Shown here one piece after another: positions 27,414 to 37,594 of a stretch of DNA of 64,000 bases; within the stretch, counting starts at the first letter, position 1; each line of letters begins with the position of its first letter. Location of the stretch: positions 24,304,001-24,368,000 of the forward strand of contig OZ076417.1 in assembly GCA_964187785.1 (NCBI GenBank), read 5' to 3'. The translations under genes and the position numbers were made by a program. The notes below the pieces were generated by a model. That model was not told where the DNA came from. It worked only from the letters and a program-made list of their open reading frames with translations, and searched no databases. The DNA is from Amphiscolops sp. MND2022. Lineage: Eukaryota.

Positions 27414-30400
27414 GACTATTTAACGCGTTGTGTAATTGCGTTCTAGCTCGTGCTCGGAAGATCAAGACGCTCAAGCCGTCTTACTTTGTTTCTGGCGTCG
27501 TGGGGACCTTCGTTGGGTTCCCCCGGAACAAGCGGGTGATTGACGGTTACGCTCGATGTTTACTTTGTCGTGCGGATTTGAGCATTGCAGGACGTGGTCT
27601 GTCATCGTTATGGGATCACTGGAAGGGAGTTGAACACACCCGATTGGAGCAAAAGTACAGGATTATGACACACAGGCCATTGCTGGACAAGTCTTGCAGG
27701 CTAGTATCTGCAGGAGAAGATAGACGGATCAGACGTGCTCGGCTGACCGAACCGCCGGTCTTTCTAGAGTCTGCGCTGAAGTTAACTGTGGAGGAGCGAA
27801 TAGCCATGGAGGAGTCAGAGGCTGAAGAAGGCGCGCGTCCGCAATTGCAGGACGAAAGTGTGAATTACTTGTGGCTGAGTAATTTCGTCTCAAGTTTTCT
27901 GACTGTGACGTCTTTTGATGGGGTGCTCCGGTCGCTGGACTCATGGAGGGACTGTATGGCCAACGAACTTCGTTTTGAGTGCCGTACTCTGACCTACTCT
28001 CGATGTCAGGTAAAAATCAGATTTTGCAGTTATTATTAAGTTGTACTGGTTACTTAGTTAACTTGCTAGTCACGTGGTTGTTATCGGTGCATTGTAACAC
28101 TTTTCGGGTACGGGTGTTGTGTTTGCCTAAGTTTTTCGGTAATTTTATCAGTTTGTTTGATTCTGTTTAGAGTCTCGTGCTGTATGGCTTATACCAGTAT
28201 GCAGTTGAGCAGTTAGACGCACTGGTTGCAGCAAGCTCTTGCATCGGCGTTTGCATCCGTCAGTGCGATTGGCGGTGGTGTGGTGAGCTCCACATCGTTG
28301 GCGTCCATGGCATAACTTCAGTGGTCTTGGCGCTTGTTTCCGGTGGAACTGGATGGGAGAAGCGGCAGTTGAACAACGTCATCCCAGTTCTTGCGTGTCT
28401 CAAAGACAGAACTCAATTGAAGACGATTGCGGTGGAAGGTGATGTACATGTTGGGCGGGCGTTGGCTGCAGTGGTATTGCCTAAGACTCCTCTCGTGGTG
28501 GGGTTGATTACGCAGCGGTCAGTGTTCAACGAGGTACAAAAACAGTTTCTCGCAGAGTTCGCGGGTCTAGATCCCCTCAGTGTCCTGGAATGCTTTCGTG
28601 TGAGGCTGATGTCCGTTGCTCAAGAGGGTTTCTTAGACCGTTTGCCGTTATTGCAGCGGGTTAGTAAAAAAACCCCCTTTTTTTGTTTTTTCTTTTTTTG
28701 TGTGTGTGGGTCATGGCATTTGCGTAGGTTTTCGATTGTTTGGCTCTGGTAAAAAGGTAGATCGTGTTCTTGTTTTGTAGTATATTCGACTTGGTGGAGA
28801 TGACGTGTCCCAACTTGCACTGGTTTGCGCAGAAGTGGTGGACTACTGGAATGATTTGGCGCTGTACTTTGGTACTCATAAACCGGGAGTGACGTCGGAA
28901 CTGCGTCCGATTACTCCTCTAGAAAGTCAGGTGTTCGAGGATGCACTGATTCGGCCTCGTTTTGCTGTTCTGCGCTCAGTGTTAGATTTGAGTGAGTATG
29001 GGTTTATATGCTGTTGATCGGATACTCATTTGAGTACACGTGTAGCTGTAATTTTGTATGTTGAATATGGTCCAAAATTAGGTTAAGTGGGGACGTATGG
29101 AGCTAAAGTTCTGCGTGTACAGTTTGGTGTGTAACCCCCTGGTGTTGTGTTTTAGTGGTTAAGCACTGCCCTAGTTTGTGTAGACGTGGACGTGATTATG
29201 GCATTGTCTCGGAACGGGAACTGGCTCACCTTTTGCGTGGACTAATGAAGTTTATCTATCCGGCTCACAGTATTCCAGCGGAGTACGAGATCGCTGCCTT
29301 GTTGAAAAATGTGGACCGGGAGTATGCAGACGTAGACTCTAACATGTACAGATTACATTTCGGGCAGTACTTCCGTTTCGACATCAGCACTCAACTGCCT
29401 TTCTTTTACAAATCTGTCCAGAAAATGTTAGTCGGTATATGTCGTGGATTGAGCGGATTGTGGCAGCGTACGTGGCCCCAGCATTTGAGCTTGACTCCAT
29501 TTGATCCGGTTCTCATTCATAGTGGGTCGGATGATCGCTGTGTCGACTCCTTAGTAGCAACTTGTGCTGTGTTGACTGCTCATGGGCTTGTGGGACTAGA
29601 TGATGGCGGAGTAGTTCAGCAACAGTATCGCGAAGTCACCCAATTTTTCAAGAGACGCTGGGCCTCTACTGCGGAAGAACTACCAGTAGTGGAGGACATT
29701 TTCGCGTTGTGGATGTCGTATCCTCACTGGGAGCGATGCGAACAATTGCGGCAGGTCATCGATCTGGCTTTCAGTGCAGTGGCCACTAGTTCGTACCGGG
29801 CGGATTTTGTCGATGACGTCGGCGGAGCTTTGGATCCTGATGCACTGGCTTCAAGTGTGCATTTCGTCCGGAGTTGGTTCAGTCAGTCTTTTGTGGGAAA
29901 ATCGCGTCGTCAACTACGTGGTTTGTTGCGTGTCATTGAGACAACCGACATGCAAGTGTCTCGTTTAAACGATAGCGTTCGCGCTAAACCGTGGGATCAA
30001 CTCCTCAAAGTCGGACTGGATCAAACGTTGTCCTTGTGTGTATCCATGTTGGGCAATGGTCCTGATACTGCAGTCGTTCCGGTAGTGGATGAGTATCGTT
30101 CGACAGTACTTGCGCAGTTGAATGTTATGGTGGTAATGGCAACGAGCCCTACTCGTGTAGCGACGGGTTTTAAAGCGATGCCGACCAGTACAGACGCGAA
30201 ATCCAAACGGCCCCGCAGTCAGTCTGATGTGAAATTGAAGACTCCCAAGAAGACGCCCAACGTGGCTACGGTTGGAACCTCTAAATCTACTGGGCGAACG
30301 AGAGGCGTTGTGGTCAGTCGGCGAGGTCATAGTGCAGCGGTGAAGTCTGGAAAAGGACGGCGAACTGGCGGGAAACCGCATGCATCTAAGAGACTTGTAT

Positions 30401-30516
30401 TATCTACGGCGGCAAGTGAGGCTTCAGATCATGGTAGTCAATCGTCCAGTGACGATGTGCCATTGTCTACTACTAAGCGGACGAAGCAGGTCATCCGTGA
30501 TTCATCGGATGAATAG
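26066..30516 (+). CDS. Spliced antisense gene inside the retrotransposon; 1159-aa hAT-transposase-like protein, apparently catalytically inactive
   Basis: Exons 26066-26306, 26391-26410, 26452-26498, 26533-26687, 26851-27243, 27447-28009, 28171-28659, 28781-28991 and 29156-30516. All introns are GT-AG, all phases are compatible, and the 3480 nt total is open. CX2CX16HX5H finger at 27557-27637; YWNDLALYF, PFDP and FALW...LRQVIDLAFSAVATSS motifs. Exons 2-4 are less certain than exons 5-9. Confidence 0.82.
27359..27410. repeat. (TA)26 microsatellite in intron 5 of the antisense gene
   Basis: Read directly. Confidence 0.95.
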
Positions 30517-32636
30517 TTGTGAACTAAACATGCTGTTGAGCTTGTATTTGTCAGTTTGTCGCTTGCTGAAATGATTTGTACCACTTTGAATGTTTTGCTT
30601 CTGAACGTGTAGTTTGTATACCTTTTTTGTTGATTTATCACGGGAGCGTTTTTATGTGTATCGGGAGTCACAAGGTGCTAGTTGCGTTACCCGGTAACCT
30701 CCTTTCCTACTTGTTGAACTTGTGGTTATTTTACATGTTTTAGAACGTTGAGTTTGTTTTTCAGTTTTCATTTTGATGATTTTTGTTTCATTCTGCATAC
30801 TTGTTGTGTTGTTCTTTCTTCATGATTTGTAGTATTCAGTTGTTGTTGGTCCATTACCTTTGACTAAGTTTTGTGTTACTTCCAATGCCCTTATTACAGT
30901 TGAATTTACATGTTGCCTACGTTATACAAATTTTTTACCCTAATTTGCATGTAAACTTAGGTAGCTGGTCTCAAAATGTTGGAGCGATAGACTCAGCTTT
31001 GCAAGTCATTCAAGTTCTAGTAGAGTAGTCGCCGAGGTAACTACCATTGAAAAGCTCTCACTCACCAAGTGCCATCCTCGTGTCAGCGTTGTTCATGATT
31101 ATAGCTTACATATGACAGAGATGGAAACTTGGTGGGTGGGTGGAGTCGCTCAACTCCTACAGATGATTTGAACTTTTGAGTAGCTGCTTTTATAGTGCTC
31201 TAGTTGGTTATTTGACAGGTGTTTACTAACTTAGGTGTCATTCTAATCTGTCAGTTCATGTCGAGTTTTACATATGTTCATTTATCATGTAGCGTTATTC
31301 TTGACGTCGTCATCGTTGATGTGTCTCATGCGACGTCATCACTCGTGTCGTGTGTCAAGTGTTAACGTCAATCTTAATGGTAGATGGGTTTCCCCATAGC
31401 CATTAAACTTTTTGACAAGGGATGGTGAGTTCCATCCCTTGTTACGAATCTTCGGTGATGTAGTGAATAAGCCTGCATGTTTTTGAATAAGCCTACGCAT
31501 CAACAGTAGGAACGAAAGTGTCATGACCTGAATTCGATGTAAAGATGATGACTGCATTTTACTGTCCTAGGAAAAGTTTTATATGTTGTTCGTTGGATTG
31601 GGAAGGTTATTTGCCGTCGCAAAAACCCATACAAAACTAACACCGAATCCACTTGCTAAAGAGCAAGCTTCATCTGAATGTTTGTACAACCACACAGACG
31701 CGCATTTGACGACGCACCCACACAGCCGAACCACATCATGATTTCCTGGGCGGAAGTGCGGGACTAGATTTTGGCGGCGTAACTTAACTAAGGCAGCTAT
31801 CTCTTTTGCATGTTCGGTTGTGTGCTGTTACTTTTGCTAAATTGGTTTATTACTGTCGTCATAAAGTTGGTAAGTACAGAATTGCAAAGCAATTCCTTTG
31901 AAAGCGTGTGGTTGGGATTTTCTGTGAATTGTATAAATTAGCAACTCGTTTGCATGTGTTTTACATGTACTTAATAATTTCCGGTTAACGTGATGTGGTG
32001 TGTATGACTGCATTGCATGTATTTACTTTTGCGCTCAGCTGTCTCGGTAGAGAGTAACAATATACTCTGCCGGTAAACTCAAGTATGTCGGACAGTGAGT
32101 ATCAGTCGTCACTGAATGGCGTAAAGTAATCCAAACAATTTAAAGGTATGATTGATGCATGTGGTGATGTCGACTACATTCAATTAATTGCATGTATATT
32201 TTTTCTTTATTTATGGTGAAAATGACGTGGTACGTGTGGCAGCGTTAGGTGTTTCTTTTCGTTCATACTGCTGGTGGAATAGGGTGAGACGTTGAATAAC
32301 ACGTAGCGACGCAGTGTGTGGGACTGCGTAACGGCTTTCTCGTCTGTCGTTCGTTAGCCGGTTAAGGGCGGAAATATGCTCTGGCCGGTAATTTTGAAAA
32401 CTGATGACAGTGAGTGTTAGACGTTATTTATGGTATCATTCAGTATTGTTTTTCTTCGTGTCTACTTGATCTAATTTACATGTATGTGTTACGAGATTCT
32501 CTCTTTTTTGTTTTTTGTAGAGAGTGTAGGACACTCCCATTTACTTTTGCATGTGATATCACTTCTCGTGCCGATACGAGGCGAAGCCTACGAGTTGTCA
32601 GCAGGAGAGAACACAGATTTTATGTTTGCATGCGTT

Positions 32637-35600
32637 TTAGTCGGCGGATCTGTCTTGCATGAATTTTAGCAGAGCCGGTTTGACTCGGAGTTCGTGGACT
32701 AAGAAGTCTTGGTAGGTTTTCGGTTGCGGTTCGGTTCGGAGGTTGTACCGTGTTGCGTTGTTACGCGACGTTGTGTGGTCATGCTCATTATGAACTGTCG
32801 TTGTATGTTCAGTCACAGGTTCGTTTGTTTCAGTATCAGGTTCGTTGTTGGTGTCGTAATGAACAACTGAATTGTCAGGCGGTTGCTCGCAGGTTTCAGG
32901 TGAGCTCTCAGGAATTGGTTGCGTCAGCGTATGATCGTTCAATTTCCGTACATGCTCATAATAGATAATGCCGTGTTCATTATTGATTTCTTCTTGATCG
33001 ATTGTTTCCGGTGCCGGTTCCGCATACAAATGCTGAGGCATGTGGTCATTGAAGAGCGCTTGATCATCGGCCGCATCGGGGTCAGCGAACAAGCGATTTG
33101 AGTCTTCTTCAATGTCCGGTATTGGTGCGTTCGGTGTGAAAGGACGTAGTCGCAACCTATGCACGCACTGTGTTCGGAAGGTTCCGACCTTCCTGATTAT
33201 GTAGTTAAAGTTTGTCAGTACTTTAATTACTTTGAAGGGACCTTCCCATTTGAAGTCATGGAAGTTAATCTTGTCGGACTGCGTTGTGAGTTTAGGATTA
33301 AGCAGAAATGTGTAGTCGTTGACCTTTAATGGTAACGCTTGGGCTTTACGGTCGTAGTACTTTTTGTACTTGTGGTATGCTTGCAGTATGTTATCATTGA
33401 CTTGTTGGTATTTGCCGTTCACCTGGTCAACTAATCTTGTTATATCAGTTTCCGTGGTTTAACATTTCAGAGGGTTACCGAATTTGAGGTCTAACGCGTT
33501 AAACGGAACTCTGCCGTGGAAGACTTCGCTCGGAGTGCACTTGAGTGATTGATGGTAGGTTGTGTTATGAGCCATTACTGCAAGATTAACGTACCTGTCC
33601 CATTGGGGGGAGTCGACGGAAATGTTAATCTTCAGAATCGGTTTCAGTCTTTGGTGGGAACGCTCCACCATCCCTATGGTTTGGGCATGCTTTACAGTAG
33701 CGTGATCGATTTTGATTTCGGCAGTTTTCATGATTTCGGTCATGATGTTGGATGTGAAAGCCGTGCCTTTGTCGGTGATAATTGTCTTCGGGACGTAGGC
33801 GTGTTGGGTGAATATTTGCATGACCGCTTTTACAACCGATTTAGTGTCTGGTTTCCGTATAGGTACAAATACCGTGAGAAGTAGTCGCACGCCCTCAGGA
33901 TGTGCGTATATCCGTTTGAGTTAGGTAGTTCACCTACTAAATCGATTTCCAGTACGTCTTCCGGGCCGTTACAGGGGTCGTAGATTTTTTCCAGAGGAGG
34001 CGTTAGTCGTCTTGGGTTAACAGGTTTTGCTTTGATGCACTCAATACAATTACTTACGTACTTTGACACGTGTTCACTCAGGCTTGGTATGTAGTAACGC
34101 TTGCAGAGTTCTACCAACATTTTTGATGCCCCAGGGTGTCCCTGCATGGGGTCGCCATGCATTGTCCTGATTATGGGCATGGTAGTTTCTGGAGGAACTA
34201 CGAATTGTTTAAGTAGAATTACGGGAGTGTTATCAAAAACGTTCCTGTACAGTACCTTGTTGACTACTTCAAGTCTTTTTTTGTTTTTTACCAGTTTTTG
34301 AAAAAAGGAGCTAGTAAAGTTAACGTGGTTTGGTAGTGGTTCGTTGTCGACTAAAACGCGGACCATTTTTTGGACGTCTTGGTTACCTAACTGATCTTGG
34401 ACGATTTGTGAATCCCCTTGCGGGCATACCTGATTTACCGGGTTAAGGTGGTGACGTCTGGTAAACCTCGTCAGTATGCTGGAAGGGGTGTCTCCTGCCA
34501 GAACAGGTTCAAGGTGTCGGCTGATGATCTGAATCATCTTGAGACGTTCGTCGTCATGTGTTTGAAGGTTATTCGCCATTGAGTTTAGTAGAGTTCGCAT
34601 CTTGGTGAAGTCGTCTGCTGGACCGGTGGTTTCAGACTGATGTGTAGTGGGTATCGCTGCATCGGGTTGCTGTTGGTCTGGGTCGTAGTCTTCTTCGTCC
34701 TCGTCCTGTTTTGGGGTTTTGGCCGCAAGATCTATTTCGATGTGGTGGACTGGAATCTGGTCATTCAATTTCAAGTGAATCCTGTCTTCAGGGTTAATGT
34801 CTAATCGAGACAGGTAATCCGCCGCTGGGTTCTCGACTCCAGGGACGTGGGCGAGAACAAAGTCAAATTGAAGTGCTTGGTCACACTGGTTCCATAGTTT
34901 GGGTGGTATTCGTTTCGACTGGAAGAAGCGGGTCAGAGCCTTGTTATCTGTCATCACAATTGTGGGTTTTTTGACACCCCACAGTATGTGAGCAAATTCG
35001 TCGAAGGCGAAGTGCATTGCGAGGAATTCTTTAGCATACATGGTCAATGACATTTGACCTTCCGTGAATCGTTGCGAGCCGAATGCTACAGGGGCGTACG
35101 TCTTCTTCTGTCCATCATTGGCTTCGGTGTACTCCTCAATGAGGAGCACGTACCCTGCTGCGTGTTCACTCGCATCACACATGATGACCAGTTGTTTGTC
35201 TGGTAGTGGTAGTCGCAGAGATAGTTTTGCAGCTCGTGCCAGGTTCTGATTGATATCACAAATTGCGTCCTTGTGAACCTGCGCCAGGGTGAACTTGATG
35301 TCTTTCTGTAGTAGTTTGTACAGAGGTACAAGTTTTTCTGCCAACATCGGTATGTACTGTCTGTAGAATTGTACAAATCCGATGTAGCGTTGAAGTGATT
35401 TGACTGACGTTGGTGTGTTCAGGTTGTTGAGGAATTTGTCGATCTTGTCCTCAAGTGGCGCAATCCCTTTGGTAGTGATGCTTCTACCCAAGAACTCGAT
35501 CTTCGGGTGACCAAAGGCGCATTTTGACATCGACAGCTTTAGACCTGCCTTCTGAATCTGCTGGAAAACTGCTTCGATGTTGATTATCAGTTCGTCCACA

Positions 35601-37594
35601 TTGTTGGCAGCGATCCCAATGTCGTCAACGTATTAGGCACATTTGTCTGCTTTTACCAGTGCATCTAAGTACTCTCGAATTGTACTGTTGAATGCAGACA
35701 AAGACCTATTCAACCCTTGCGCGAGTCGGAGGTAAGCAAAGGTTCTGCTGCCAAAATTGAATGCCAGAAGTTGTATTGATTGTTCGTCGGCCATTTGGAA
35801 TCAGTGGTAAGCTTGCGAACAGTCAAGCTTGCAAAAGTACCTTTTGCCAGCCATATGCTGGGCTGCATCGGCAATGGTCGTTACTGGGTGGTTGTGGTTG
35901 TTGTAGTCATTTTTGAGGAGGTGGTTGATCCGCCTCAAGTCGACTAATATCCGAAGTTTCCCGTTAGGTTTTCGTTGTGCGAAAATTGGGGAGGAATATT
36001 TGCTGTATGGTAACGTCGTGATGATCCCGTACTCCTGCATCAGTGCGAGTTCGACCAGCAGATCATCTTCCAGATTGGTTGGAGTAGGTAGACTCTGGGC
36101 GTACACGGGATCATCGTGTTTTGGGGTCAGCTTGATCTTGAAGTCGGTGTTGATGCCGATATCAAGACGATGTCTAGCAAATATCGTGTGATATTTGACG
36201 AGCAGTTCTTCGATCCTCTGTTGCTCGTGCTCAGTGAGGATTGAGTCGTCCCAGCTGAAATTTTTGAGGAACGTTTGGCGTTGTTCGTCATCGCATGTCG
36301 GGTTGAGTTTTTCAGCTTCTCGGAGTTTGATGAGTTCGTCGTAGATACGTCTTTCTATTTTATTCAGCTTGTCAGGATCGTCACATGTTTCGGGAGTCGG
36401 GTACCATCTATTATCATTTGTGGCACTGGGATCCTGGAACAGTTGGTTGATCACATTAGCCGCTTCATCAGGGAATTTAGTGATCAACGCCAGCTGCTCG
36501 TTGGTCATTGGCTGGATGTTTCTGGCTTGGTTTGGCGTAAGTATTCGGAAGACTGCGATTGTGCTGTTCTGAGGTATTGTAACTGCGTGGTCCATGTGGT
36601 TGGTAATTTGGACGTGTGTCTGTTGGTCCTTGATTTCAGACATTGATGGTGACACTAGCAATTCGGTTTTTCGTTCAAAGGTTGGGAACGCCTCTATTGT
36701 GCCTCTCACTATTCCGATGTCCTTGTCCGTTGTAACAGTCACAAATATTTGTTGTCCGGGCGAGATGGTTGTTTTTTGGGTTGTTCTGAGTTCCAACATC
36801 TGCAGTGTGAATTTCCCGTTTGGCGGTTTTAGTTGGAGGGTTATTTCTGGGAATCGCACAATGTTATTTGCAAGGTCTAGCGTGACAGAGTATTTTTTAA
36901 AGAAGGACATTCCGATGAGGATGTTTCCCATTGTTGGTAGGATCATGAATGTCTCTTCGAATATTTTTCCCCCAATGAAAAATCGAAGAAGCACTTGTTT
37001 TCTCACCGGAACGATATTTCCGTTGGCTATTTGGACTTTAAAGTCCGGTGCTGGATATTCTTCCAACTGGGCTGCTGAGTGGGCTTGTAGGATTCGACGT
37101 AGCTCGTTCTCAGACATCGCGCTCTGGATTGCTCCAGTGTCCAGTAGCCCTTGATTTTCATACTCACGGAATTGAAGAGGGACGTAGAGCATATTGTTTC
37201 TTCTGTCTAACTGGAGTGTAGCGCTTAATGGTCTGATGTTTGTTGGCTTCGGTTGGTGCCCCTGTTTGGTATTGTCATCCAGTTCATTCGGTTTTTGTTG
37301 TGGGTTTCTAGTTCTGGTCGGGTTGACACTCTCTCGTTGGTGTGGCCTAGCTGCAGTCTCTTTCGGAATGCAGCCCTTCGTTGTACAATTAGGGTTGTCG
37401 TCTATGAGAGGGAGTATGTGGTAGTTGTTTGTCGAGACTTTGCGTACATAGTATTTCGTTGATAGTTTAGTCTGTTTGTCAGGACGCTGCCAACATCCTG
37501 TCGTTGTAGTTTTCGAGTAGTAGTGAGTTTGAGTTGGTTTTTTGGTGCGCGCACTTTCTGTTTGGTTGGACTGAGGATGACGTGGTATTACAAG
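32637..37594 (-). pseudogene. pol: Gypsy pol (protease, RT, RNase H, integrase), disrupted
   Basis: Motifs LLDTGA; SSPIF..RKPNGKLRILVDLRRIN; LDCSQAYH; YVDD (35621-35632); CDASEHAAG, TDNKAL, NPAADYLSR; H..PMQGH...CIEC; IDLVG, TDKGTAF, GMVERSH; WEGPF. In-frame stops at 35801-35803, 35633-35635 and 33459-33461, and a frameshift at about 33865. Confidence 0.95.

Noticed and set aside
27323-27446. N-terminus MFFFVF...YIYIYI of ORF 27323-28039
   Set aside because: Read-through of intron sequence and the (TA)n microsatellite; the true exon starts at 27447.
26066-30516. env gene interpretation of the extra ORFs
   Set aside because: Wrong strand relative to gag-pol; no signal peptide, furin site or TM anchor; has a zinc finger and a basic tail instead.
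36594-37154. 186-aa + strand ORF and other ORFs overlapping gag/pol
   Set aside because: Antisense shadows of the biased pol/gag codons, with no recognisable motifs.
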